From assembly GCA_034721855.1 (NCBI GenBank), contig JAYENB010000159.1, positions 1 through 55,284 on the forward strand: a DNA stretch of 55,284 nucleotides. The letters run 5' to 3'. Shown here in pieces: positions 46,624 through 55,284 of the stretch (positions within the stretch are counted from its first letter, which is position 1; each line of letters starts with the position of its first letter). Made by a program: the position numbers and the translations under genes. The notes below the pieces were generated by a model. The model saw only the letters and a list, made by a program, of their open reading frames with translations. It ran no database searches and was not told the DNA's origin. The DNA is from Bacteroidota bacterium. GTDB taxonomy: Bacteria > Bacteroidota > Bacteroidia > Bacteroidales > ML635J-15.

Positions 46624-47430
46624 CTAATCAAAAGGCAAAATTAGCTTCTTTCTTCTGTAGGCCCTTATCATAAGCCAAATTCCGGTTAACACAAACGGAA
46701 TACTCAGTATTTGTCCCATGCGAAGCGCGGCATCCCAACTACCGGTTTCCATTTGTATTTCTTTGGTAAATTCTATCAAAAAGCGGAAGCTAAACACAGT
46801 GGTAAAAAACAAGCCTGTCATCAGCCCTTCACGCTTCCCCCAGTCTTTTCTGAAATAAAGAAACAGCATAACGGCAAAAAACAGGAAATAAAATATTGAT
46901 TCATACAATTGCGTTGGATGACGCGGTTGTTCATCTACCCTTTCAAAAATAAAAGCCCATGGAACCTGCGTGGGAATACCAACAATTTCGTGATTAATCA
47001 GGTTGCCAATGCGCACAAGTGCCCCGGCAAGCATGGCAATAATAGCCAACCGGTCTATGAGGTACAAAAAACTGATTTTTTTACGCTTTCGCTGAAACAA
47101 CCATACGGCAATCAAAATTCCGGCTGCTCCCCCATGGCTGGCCAGTCCGCCTTTCCAGATTTTAAGGATTTCTACAGGATTGCTGAGGTAAAAATCCGGG
47201 TTATAAAACAAGCAATGCCCAAGCCGCAACCCCACAACAACACCAATAATGACAAAGATGGCAAGTATATCCACAAAATCCTGCTTCAGGCCATCACGTT
47301 TTGCCATGTGGCTGTATAAAATATATCCAAGCAAAAATCCGGTAGCCAGCAAAATGCCATACCACCTGATGCCCCTCGCTCCCAGTTCAAAAGCCACAGG
47401 GTCAACGTTCCATTCAACAAAAGCAATCAT
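46624..47430 (-). CDS. lgt: Prolipoprotein diacylglyceryl transferase
   Basis: IRWYGILLATGFL, GGLASHGG and HPTQLYES motifs are present. It stops at TAG. Confidence 0.9.
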   Translation of the reverse strand: MIAFVEWNVDPVAFELGARGIRWYGILLATGFLLGYILYSHMAKRDGLKQDFVDILAIFVIIGVVVGLRLGHCLFYNPDFYLSNPVEILKIWKGGLASHGGAAGILIAVWLFQRKRKKISFLYLIDRLAIIAMLAGALVRIGNLINHEIVGIPTQVPWAFIFERVDEQPRHPTQLYESIFYFLFFAVMLFLYFRKDWGKREGLMTGLFFTTVFSFRFLIEFTKEIQMETGSWDAALRMGQILSIPFVLTGIWLMIRAYRRKKLILPFD

Positions 47431-47653
47431 AGTTTTAGCGTTTAGGTTTTGTTTCTAAAATGTATTCTTCTTTTTTCTCAGGCAACCACCATTACCAATG
47501 GTTGCAGCAGTATCTATCAGCGCCAGATGAGAATACGCTTGCGGAAAATTTCCCAACAATTCAAATTATCCATTTTTCTCTACTCCTACGATACTTAAAA
47601 TTATATTTTGTCGTTTGCAAAATTATATGTATTTTATCGAAAATTTTACAATT

Positions 47654-49864
47654 ATGCAAAGAATAATTATTGTTTCCAACAGATTACCCATAAGTCTTGA
47701 TTTTAGTGGCGAAAAAGTGGACATAACGCCTGGGATAGGTGGTCTGGCAACAGGTATGAAATCTGTACACCAGGACAGAGAAAGCCTGTGGTTTGGATGG
47801 CCGCGGTATTCACCAGGGAACATGAACAAGAAAAGACTCGAAGAAACCGAAAATTTATTGCACAAAAATAAATGCGCACCTGTGTATCTGCAGAAAAAAG
47901 ACATTGATAACTATTATTATGGTTTCAGCAATCGCACATTGTGGCCACTTTTCCATTATTTTATGCAATATGCTGAGTACAAAAACGAATACTGGGAATC
48001 ATACAAAAAAGTCAACCAAATTTTTGCAGATACCATCGCCAAAGAAATTACAGAGGATGATATCGTTTGGGTGCATGATTATCATTTATTACTTTTACCG
48101 GTTATGCTGAGAAAAAAATTTCCCAACCTCGGGATAGGTTTTTTCTTGCATATTCCTTTTCCATCTTACGAAGTATTCAGGCTGCTACCGTGGCGCAATG
48201 AATTGATTGAAGGCATGCTGGGCGCAGATTTGCTCGGATTTCATACCTACGATTATGAACGTCACTTCAGGTCATGTGCACACAGGCTGTTGGGCTATGA
48301 TGCTGATTTTAATACCATAAAAATGGATACCCGGGAAATCAAACTTGATGTATTCCCCATGGGTATAGATTATGATTATTTTGAAAATGCTGCCAACGAA
48401 AAACGCAACCGTTCTGTTAAAGATAAAACGGATATTCAGCGTGAAATTGACAGGTACTTTTTGAGTGCTCCCGACCGCAAACTCATTATTTCCATTGACA
48501 GGCTGGATTACAGCAAAGGAATTCCCAACCGCTTATGGGCTTTCGAACGGTTTCTTGAAAAATACCCAGAATACCGTGAAAAAGTTACCCTCCTGATGCT
48601 GGCTACCCCTACTCGAAGCAATGTGCCGCAATACCAGAAAATGAAACAAGAAGTGGATGAACTGGTGGGCAGAATCAATGGAAAATACGGTGACATTAAC
48701 TGGACGCCCATTTGGTATTTTTACAGGGCATTACCGCTGGACAGACTGATTGAACTTTACCTCGCTTCAGAAATTGCCCTCATTACACCCGTGCGTGATG
48801 GCATGAACCTGGTTGCCAAAGAATATCTGGCATCCAAACCAGACAATAAAGGAGTATTGATTCTCTCTGAAATGGCCGGTTCAGCCAAAGAAATGAGTGA
48901 AGCCATCATCATCAATCCAAACAACATGGATCAAATTGCCGACAGCATTGTCGAAGCAATCAATATGCCCGAGGAAGAGCAGGTAGAAAGAAATCTTATT
49001 TTGAAAAACAGGCTCAAACGATACAATGTCAACAAATGGGCAACTGACTTTTTGCGGGCACTGAAAGACCAGACCGCTCATAAAGCCACCTATAAACCCA
49101 AAAACATCAAGGCCACCAGGCATCATATCTTTAAAAAATACAAAAAGGCTAAAAAACGCATATTGTTTATTGATTATGACGGCACCCTGACACATTTTAA
49201 AAAGGACCTGAAAAAAGCCACACCGGACAAGAATCTATACCTACTGCTTGACAACCTGAGTGCTGACCCGAAAAATGAAGTGGTGCTTGTGTCGGGGAGA
49301 AACAAAAACACCATTGACAAATGGTTTGGTAACCGGAAATTTAAACTGGTAGCCGAACATGGTGCATGGTTATATAAAAACAACAAATGGCAAAAATTCA
49401 GGGAAATGAACGATGATTGGAAGGAAATTTTTGAACCTATCTTTCAGTGGTATGTGGATAGAACACCGGGCAGCCTGTATGAAAATAAAGATTATTCCCT
49501 GACGTGGCATTACCGCAATACCGACCCCGAACTGGGCAAAAACCGTAGCATAGAACTCAAAGATGAAATCACCAGCCTGATCGCCAATCATGACCTTGAA
49601 ATCATGGAAGGCAAGAAAGTGATTGAATTGAAATCCAGCGGCATCAACAAGGGGCAGGCAGCGTTGTACCATTTGGCTGAAAATTCCCATGATTTTATCC
49701 TGGCCATCGGTGATGACTGGACAGATGAGTACATGTTTCACAAGCTCCCCAAAACCGCCCATACGATAAAAGTTGGAAGCATCAATACCGAAGCCTGTTA
49801 TTTGATTGACAGCATCGAAGCTGTCAGGGAGTTTTTGAAGGAATTGAGTAAGCAGAAGGGATAA
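47654..49864 (+). CDS. otsA: Bifunctional trehalose-6-phosphate synthase / phosphatase (OtsA-OtsB fusion)
   Basis: The N-terminus reads IIVSNRLP..., followed by GFFLHIPFPS and the LVAKEY GT20 motifs. The C-terminal HAD phosphatase has FIDYDGTL and GDDWTDE. Confidence 0.9.
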   Translation: MQRIIIVSNRLPISLDFSGEKVDITPGIGGLATGMKSVHQDRESLWFGWPRYSPGNMNKKRLEETENLLHKNKCAPVYLQKKDIDNYYYGFSNRTLWPLFHYFMQYAEYKNEYWESYKKVNQIFADTIAKEITEDDIVWVHDYHLLLLPVMLRKKFPNLGIGFFLHIPFPSYEVFRLLPWRNELIEGMLGADLLGFHTYDYERHFRSCAHRLLGYDADFNTIKMDTREIKLDVFPMGIDYDYFENAANEKRNRSVKDKTDIQREIDRYFLSAPDRKLIISIDRLDYSKGIPNRLWAFERFLEKYPEYREKVTLLMLATPTRSNVPQYQKMKQEVDELVGRINGKYGDINWTPIWYFYRALPLDRLIELYLASEIALITPVRDGMNLVAKEYLASKPDNKGVLILSEMAGSAKEMSEAIIINPNNMDQIADSIVEAINMPEEEQVERNLILKNRLKRYNVNKWATDFLRALKDQTAHKATYKPKNIKATRHHIFKKYKKAKKRILFIDYDGTLTHFKKDLKKATPDKNLYLLLDNLSADPKNEVVLVSGRNKNTIDKWFGNRKFKLVAEHGAWLYKNNKWQKFREMNDDWKEIFEPIFQWYVDRTPGSLYENKDYSLTWHYRNTDPELGKNRSIELKDEITSLIANHDLEIMEGKKVIELKSSGINKGQAALYHLAENSHDFILAIGDDWTDEYMFHKLPKTAHTIKVGSINTEACYLIDSIEAVREFLKELSKQKG

Positions 49865-49897
49865 TTGAATTTTTATGTGAAATTAAATAATTATACT

Positions 49898-50842
49898 ATG
49901 AAAAAAATTGCCCTTATTTACTTTCTCTTAGTTTGTGTAAGTTTTACATTAGCTGCACAAGAATATTTCCATTTCCCTGATAGCACAGCAATTTGGAATA
50001 TTTACTACGATAATTGCATATATTATGATGAAGATGAAATCAGATTTGGCATGCAAGGGGATACAATAATAGATTCATTCACTTACAATAAAATTTATTA
50101 CCTTACTGATACTATTTTAGAAAATCACGAAAGTTATTATTGTGGATTGAGGGAAGAGAATAAAAGAATTTTCGTAAAATTCAATGATGAAGAAGAACAG
50201 CTATTGTATGATTTTAATCTGGAAGTAGGAGATAGCATTAAGTATAATCATGGTGGTGCCTTTTTTAACAATAATGGTCAATTATCATTTACTCAATTAT
50301 GTGATACATTTTACAGGAAAGTTGTTAATATTGATACGGTAAGTCTTTATGATGGAAGCCAAAGAAGACATTATGTACTTGAAGGTACAGGTGATCCTTC
50401 TTATATCACTGACGAATGGATTGAAGGCATTGGTAGTTCTGTATGGACAGGATTATTCAATCCATTTGTTGTTGATATGGCTACAAATGGAGATGGTTGG
50501 AGCCCCATTTGTGTGAAAATAAACGGAGATTTGATATATCTTGGAAACTCTCCCTGTGGTGATTGTTTTTGTCTGTATGTAGATGTAAATGAAGAAAAGG
50601 TTGGGACAAAAGAACTTTCGGTTTATCCAAATCCTGTAAACAATAACCTGGTTTTTGAGTTTTCATCTGTGAGCCAAAAAACAATTTTACTTTATGATAT
50701 AACCGGAAAAAAAATAAAGGAATATCATACCGCTTCTGCTATTATAGAAATAAACATTTCCGACTTAAAAAAAGGATTTTACATATTTAAAACAAAACAC
50801 AAGGGCAAAACCATAAAATCCGGAACATTTATTAAAAATTAA
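49898..50842 (+). CDS. Secreted T9SS cargo protein of unknown function
   Basis: The signal peptide is MKKIALIYFLLVCVSFTLAAQ. The CTD reads LSVYPNPVNNNLVFEF...GFYIFKTKHKGKTIKSGTFIKN. Confidence 0.75.
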   Translation: MKKIALIYFLLVCVSFTLAAQEYFHFPDSTAIWNIYYDNCIYYDEDEIRFGMQGDTIIDSFTYNKIYYLTDTILENHESYYCGLREENKRIFVKFNDEEEQLLYDFNLEVGDSIKYNHGGAFFNNNGQLSFTQLCDTFYRKVVNIDTVSLYDGSQRRHYVLEGTGDPSYITDEWIEGIGSSVWTGLFNPFVVDMATNGDGWSPICVKINGDLIYLGNSPCGDCFCLYVDVNEEKVGTKELSVYPNPVNNNLVFEFSSVSQKTILLYDITGKKIKEYHTASAIIEINISDLKKGFYIFKTKHKGKTIKSGTFIKN

Positions 50843-50899
50843 AATCACAGGGAATATAACAGCATTACATCCATAAAAAAATTGCATTATTTTTGTACC

Positions 50900-52162
50900 A
50901 TGCAAAACAATTATCAACCCCTTGCAGAACGTCTCAGACCTCAATCATTGAATGAATTGTACGGGCAGGAACACCTTACCGGTCAGGATACGGCATTGAG
51001 AAAATCCATGGAAACCGGAAATATACCCTCCATGATACTGTGGGGGCCTCCGGGCTCGGGAAAAACCAGCCTCGCCAGGATGATTACCGGCGAAGAACGC
51101 CCTTTTTACACTCTCAGTGCCGTCAGTTCAGGGGTGAAAGATGTGCGCAATACCATCAAAAAAGCTGAATCCGGCCGCATGTTCAACCCCAAACCACCGG
51201 TGTTGTTCATTGATGAAATACACAGGTTCAGCAAATCTCAACAAGACTCACTCCTCGCGGCTGTTGAAAACGGCACCCTGGTATTGATTGGCGCCACCAC
51301 CGAAAACCCTGCTTTCGAAGTGATTTCCCCCCTCCTCTCCAGGGCACAGGTGTATGTGTTGAAACCATTAGACGAAAAAGCATTAGACAAATTAACAGCA
51401 CGTGCATTGCAGGAAGATAACACATTGAAAGACCAGGACATCCGCATTGAAGAAAAAGCTGCTTTGTACCGGTTTTCCGGCGGGGATGCCCGCAAATTAC
51501 TCAACATCATCGAGCTGCTGGTCAACACCACGGAAGAACGCCCTCTTGTTATTACTGATGAACTTGTTGTGCAGCGTCTCCAGGAAAATACGGCCACTTA
51601 CGATAAAGGCGGGGAACAACATTACGACATCATTTCTGCCTTCATCAAATCCGTACGGGGCTCTGCCCCCGACGCAGCGGTATATTGGCTGGCACGCATG
51701 CTTGATGGCGGTGAAAAACCGGAATTCATTGCCCGACGCTTAATCATCCTCGCTGCAGAAGACATCGGACTGGCCAATCCAAACGCCCTGACTATCGCCA
51801 ATGCCACATTTGATGCCATTCACAAAATCGGCATGCCCGAAGCCCGTATCGTGTTGTCTGAATGTGCCATTTACCTCGCTTCAAGCGCCAAAAGCAACTC
51901 CGCTTACCTTGCCATTGACAAAGCCCTGGGCTATGTAAAAAACAATGCCCCTGCCCCTGTCCCGCTCCACCTCAGAAACGCTCCCGCCAAACTGATGAAA
52001 GACCTCAATTACGGTAAAAATTACAAATATCCCCATGATTTTGATGGCAACTTTGTCCAACAAGCATACCTCCCCGATGATGTCAAAAACATGACTTTCT
52101 ATGCCACCGGCAACAATCCCACTGAAAACAAAATACGGGATAAGTTCAGGAAAATGAAGTGA
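50900..52162 (+). CDS. rarA: Replication-associated recombination protein A (AAA+ ATPase)
   Basis: PLAERLRP, Walker A GPPGSGKTS, Walker B LFIDEIHRF and the MgsA C-terminal domain (YDIISAFIKSVRGSAPDAAVYWLARML) are present. Confidence 0.92.
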   Translation: MQNNYQPLAERLRPQSLNELYGQEHLTGQDTALRKSMETGNIPSMILWGPPGSGKTSLARMITGEERPFYTLSAVSSGVKDVRNTIKKAESGRMFNPKPPVLFIDEIHRFSKSQQDSLLAAVENGTLVLIGATTENPAFEVISPLLSRAQVYVLKPLDEKALDKLTARALQEDNTLKDQDIRIEEKAALYRFSGGDARKLLNIIELLVNTTEERPLVITDELVVQRLQENTATYDKGGEQHYDIISAFIKSVRGSAPDAAVYWLARMLDGGEKPEFIARRLIILAAEDIGLANPNALTIANATFDAIHKIGMPEARIVLSECAIYLASSAKSNSAYLAIDKALGYVKNNAPAPVPLHLRNAPAKLMKDLNYGKNYKYPHDFDGNFVQQAYLPDDVKNMTFYATGNNPTENKIRDKFRKMK

Positions 52163-52251
52163 AGTCTCTTATATTTTTATTTTTTTGGGCAGCAGGAACC
52201 ATTTTACCCCTGAGCAACACTATCTCCGTCTCCGCCTGCTATCTGCCACCA

Positions 52252-52358
52252 GCGATGCCTGTTTTTGTAATACTGCAGAACAGGAGTTCCCCGTCTTCAC
52301 TGCGTTACGCCGGGCAAGCTTCGTCACTCTGTCTGCAGTACAAAAAACAAGGCATCGC
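52252..52358. repeat. Structured hairpin element, copy B
   Basis: gcgatgcctgtttttgtaatactgcaga (52252-52279) pairs with tctgcagtacaaaaaacaaggcatcgc (52332-52358). It has the same 16-nt leader as copy A, and the loop is homologous (caggagtt...ccgt...). Confidence 0.7.
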
Positions 52359-52492
52359 CGGCGTCAGGATATTCGGCTCCGCCGGGCTGCAGGGGAATAA
52401 TTATTTAATGTATATACCAGCAATAAATCTAAAAATCTATTTTCTGTAATTATTTTATATTTTTTATATTATTTATTATTCTAAATATTAGC

Positions 52493-52533
52493 CGTTGCTA
52501 ACGGTTATTAACGGTTAATAACCGTTAGCAACG
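52493..52533. repeat. 41-bp perfect palindrome built from four phased GTTA decamers
   Basis: The arms are cgttgctaacggttattaac and gttaataaccgttagcaacg, separated by a single g. The 20-nt arms are exact reverse complements. Confidence 0.85.
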
Positions 52534-52653
52534 ATTTTATACCTTATTAACAGTTATTTACAATTTAACATAAGATAATTTATTTTGAATGATTTTAATG
52601 ATTAGACCTGTTTTATATCATTTTATATAATAATTTTATCATAATAAATCTCT

Positions 52654-52895
52654 GTATCTAATCAGTATCAGCAAAAGTAGCTCGTCACCGCAAAGTCGCA
52701 GACCCGTCTGTCGCCGGGCAAGGTTGCAAAGGTTTGAAATTTGTTAACAACGGTTAAAAAATGTTAATAGTGGTTAAAATCGGTTACTTATGAAATGTCG
52801 ATGTTTTAAGAAATAATACATATCGCAACCGTTTTTAACCAGCGTTAACCGATGTTATACCAAGTTGCGTTCAATCCCGTCTATCGCCGGGCAAG
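52654..52895. repeat. Composite repeat, copy 2, in the same orientation as 55050-55284
   Basis: gtatctaatcagtatcagcaaaagtagctcgtcacc... is followed by the 21-mer module (52702-52722), a GTTAA array (52743-52792), an inverted array (52821-52870) and a second 21-mer module (52875-52895). Confidence 0.8.
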
Positions 52896-52956
52896 CTTAC
52901 AATATTAAATATACTTATTGTGATTTTGATATTCTTGAACAATCTGTATTTCAGTA

Positions 52957-53101
52957 TAATGCCGATTGATGTTCAATATAATTTGCATAATGTTGGCTGC
53001 ACTCGGCAGAGCTCAAGCGAGCTTGGCTCTGCCCTCGTTTGCACAACATTTTAGGAGCGGTAGCGAACTAAAATCACACAATTGAACACATATCGGTATT
53101 A
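52957..53101. repeat. Nested hairpin repeat
   Basis: The outer arms are taatgccgattgatgttcaat and attgaacacatatcggtatta. The inner pair is cagagc...gctctg. The element contains ggctctgccctcgtttgcacaa, the inverse of 12378-12399. Confidence 0.6.
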
Positions 53102-53168
53102 ACTGTCTATGTGAACAAATTATTCATTTTCTTAGCGACTCTCCGTCCCTGCATGCCGGCAGGCAGAG

Positions 53169-53356
53169 CTTGCCCGGCGACAGACGGGTTTACGGTAAAA
53201 ATCAAAGACGCCTGAATAGTGAATTCTAATTTAATTTTAGCACTGAGTAGTTACAAATCTGTTATCAGTAAAGCACTACATTTATTCAAGAATCTATATT
53301 GAAAAAAAGCCATCTTTCTTCAATATTCCGACACAACTTATTTCGCCTGTTACTCT
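53169..53356. repeat. Mosaic repeat block related to 933-1190 but with modules in a different order
   Basis: The modules are cttgcccggcgacagacgggt (53169-53189), ttttagcactgagtagttac (53235-53254) and ccgacacaacttatttcgcctgttactct (53328-53356). Confidence 0.75.
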
Positions 53357-53564
53357 ACCATCTACAGCGCAAAAAAATCACAATCCAGCACAGCAGGATA
53401 TTCCTGTCTAAAGGGCAGGCAGGGTAAACAGGTTGGTATCTCGTGGTATATATTGTTATTTTGACTTTTAACTTTTCCCTTTAAGTGTTCTGTGAACGCT
53501 TACGTATTTTATTCACAAGCTTGTGCATGATACCATAATGCAGGGACAACAATATTTTTACAAC

Positions 53565-54704
53565 TTAAGGTGCATTCACATCAAGGAAATCCGGAATGGT
53601 ATCAGGGGTAATTGTTTTGGCTTGTTTTGGTTTGTAGGTATCAATAAAGCTTTTTGAAAACCGGTGTTTTTTTTGCTTACCAAACTTAAAATCATAGGCA
53701 TATATTTTTTCATCAGTTTGTTCAATTAAATCTATTTCTGAACCATCATAAGTCCGCCAAAAGAACAATTGTCTGAAAAAATCCACATACCTAACATATT
53801 TTATTCTTTCTGAAATACAGTAATTTTCCCACAGAGCACCTGAATCATTTCGCATATGCATAGAGGAAAAATTTTGAATGACAGCATTCCGAATACCATT
53901 ATCTATAAAATAATATTTATAGCTCTTTTTTAATTCATTTCTCAAATTTTTACTAAAAGCACTCAATTTAAATATGATAAAACTCTTCTCAAGCAAGTCA
54001 AGGTATTTAACAACAGATGGTTGTGACATTCCAACAGTTTGCGCTAATTCATTATAAGACACTTGAGACCCTACCTGCCATGCAAGGGCTTTTAGTAATT
54101 TCCTGAGCTTATCTGAATTTCGGATGTTTTCAAAATTCACAATATCCTTAAACAGATAATCACTGGCAAGTGAGTTAATGTACAGTTTTTTATCATTAAC
54201 AGGTAAATCAATAATACCAGGGTAAGTACCATAGATTAGCATTTCATCTTGCTTCTGTCTCCACCATAACCAATCGTGTTTCTGAATAATTTCCCGGTAT
54301 GATAACGGAAATATATTGAATTTTAAATTCCTTCCGGTAAGGGGTTCATGTAACTTTCCGGACAATTCAAAACTACTTGAACCAGTCGCAATGATTTTAT
54401 ATTTACTTCCATAAGTATCATAAATCAATTTCAATTTCTTGCCAATATCGGGAATAACCTGGGCTTCGTCAAGTGCAATTATTTTATTGTTCCCAAAAAG
54501 CAATGTAATCTCTTCAGGTTTCCCTTTCGATAAAATATCAAAGATTTCAGGATGTTCACAATTTAAAAGTTTTGCGTGCTTATACCCCTTTAGGAAATAT
54601 TCAATAAAGGTTGTTTTTCCGGTCTGTCTTGGACCATATAAAATGAGTATTTTATCATTATCAAGGTATTTCGAAATGATATTTTCAATTTCTCGTTTAT
54701 ACAT
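53565..54704 (-). CDS. AAA-family ATPase with DUF4143-like C-terminal domain
   Basis: The Walker A is GPRQTGKTT and the Walker B-like segment is IIALDEAQ. The start MYKREIENII and the length fit the widespread ATPase+DUF4143 family. Confidence 0.8.
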   Translation of the reverse strand: MYKREIENIISKYLDNDKILILYGPRQTGKTTFIEYFLKGYKHAKLLNCEHPEIFDILSKGKPEEITLLFGNNKIIALDEAQVIPDIGKKLKLIYDTYGSKYKIIATGSSSFELSGKLHEPLTGRNLKFNIFPLSYREIIQKHDWLWWRQKQDEMLIYGTYPGIIDLPVNDKKLYINSLASDYLFKDIVNFENIRNSDKLRKLLKALAWQVGSQVSYNELAQTVGMSQPSVVKYLDLLEKSFIIFKLSAFSKNLRNELKKSYKYYFIDNGIRNAVIQNFSSMHMRNDSGALWENYCISERIKYVRYVDFFRQLFFWRTYDGSEIDLIEQTDEKIYAYDFKFGKQKKHRFSKSFIDTYKPKQAKTITPDTIPDFLDVNAP

Positions 54705-54754
54705 AATGCACTTTTTTTTCAAAAATAAGCTTTTTTTCTGAAATTTTACTATTT

Positions 54755-54817
54755 AATTTAAAATTTAGGCTTAATTTTTAAAATATAATTTAAAATTTAG
54801 GCTTAATTTTCAAAATA
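54755..54817. repeat. Two 31-bp direct repeats (period 32) upstream of the ATPase gene
   Basis: aatttaaaatttaggcttaattttTaaaata (54755-54785) and aatttaaaatttaggcttaattttCaaaata (54787-54817) differ at one position. Confidence 0.85.
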
Positions 54818-55049
54818 CACCATAATAATATAGTTATGTGCAAATCAAGAAAAAAAGAAATTGATTTAAGAAGTAAAAGATAAAGGCTCAATTTAAATAA
54901 AATGGTGTTAGAAATATTTGGTTCTATTGAATTAGTTGGCAGTAGGCAAAAAGGGAAATGTCTTTTATCAATTGCCAACTGCTTTATTGCCAACTAATTT
55001 GCGATCCAAGTGTAAAATTAACACAAACACTATTTTCATTTCATTTCAC

Positions 55050-55284
55050 TTCGTTATTCGTATCTAATCAGTATCAGCAAAAGTAGCTCGTCACCACAAA
55101 GACGCAGACCCGTCTGTCGCCGGGCAAGGTTGCAAAGGTTTGAAATTTGTTAACAACGGTTAAAAAATGTTACTAATAGTTAAAATCGGTTACTTATGAG
55201 AAATCAGTGTTCTATGAAATAAGATTTATCGCAACCATATTTAACCTAAAATAATCAAACCATATAAGGCATATAAGGGATTAT
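55050..55284. repeat. Composite repeat, copy 3, truncated by the window end
   Basis: It is nearly identical to the reverse complement of 38606-38875. It contains the 21-mer module at 55108-55128 and the GTTAA array at 55149-55198. Confidence 0.85.

Noticed and set aside
50888-50895. TATTTTTG could be the -7 box for rarA.
   Set aside because: It ends only 5 nt before ATG 50900, so a transcript starting downstream of it would lack the start codon. The match is probably fortuitous, or rarA is read from further upstream.
52163-53564. This region could be the chromosomal replication origin.
   Set aside because: I see no cluster of TTATCCACA-like DnaA boxes, and no dnaA or dnaN nearby. The idea is kept only as a low-probability option inside the gene-desert finding.
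38565-55284. The inverted composite repeats could be the ends of a composite transposon or genomic island.
   Set aside because: The enclosed genes are core housekeeping (lgt, otsAB, rarA, amn, tRNA-Arg). There is no transposase, integrase or conjugation gene. The same repeat modules are scattered throughout the window.

Overview
This is a 55.3-kb low-GC chromosomal segment that looks Bacteroidota-derived. Supporting signs are several proteins ending in type IX secretion (T9SS) C-terminal sorting domains, TAnnTTTG promoter boxes close to start codons, a GWxTD lipoprotein, a fused OtsA-OtsB and an HsdR_N-only protein. There are about 40 protein genes on both strands. Most are unlinked housekeeping genes: prmA, tpiA, tmk, folP, cdaA, rlmD, gap, lgt, otsAB, rarA, AMP nucleosidase, an MBOAT/SGNH pair, a Wzx-like flippase, a Na+/solute symporter and a MacB/FtsX-type permease. 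There are also at least five T9SS cargo proteins and one tRNA-Arg(UCU). I see no rRNA, CRISPR array, transposase, integrase, phage genes or recognisable multi-gene defence system. The unusual content is non-coding. Almost every long intergenic gap (857-1192, 10185-10629, 12232-12567, 28597-29000, 36521-36791, 38244-38985, 45740-46623, 52163-53564, 54723-55284) is filled with visibly more GC-rich, hairpin-forming repeat modules that recur in shuffled order and orientation. These include a 21-mer module in 8 copies, helically phased GTTAA decamer arrays, degenerate 8-bp-periodic tracts, two hairpins with compensatory stem changes, and a MITE-like insertion with a 9-bp target-site duplication. 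A roughly 300-bp composite repeat occurs three times, and two copies in inverted orientation bracket 16 kb. The second theme is independent gene lesions: two in-frame TAG codons in large secreted proteins, a poly-T frameshift in a signal peptide, a truncated TonB-receptor stub and a fully decayed toxin-antitoxin pair. I could not identify a convincing new multi-gene system. The best candidates for something undescribed are the phased-decamer/hairpin repeat family and the overlapping giant-protein/GWxTD gene pair.
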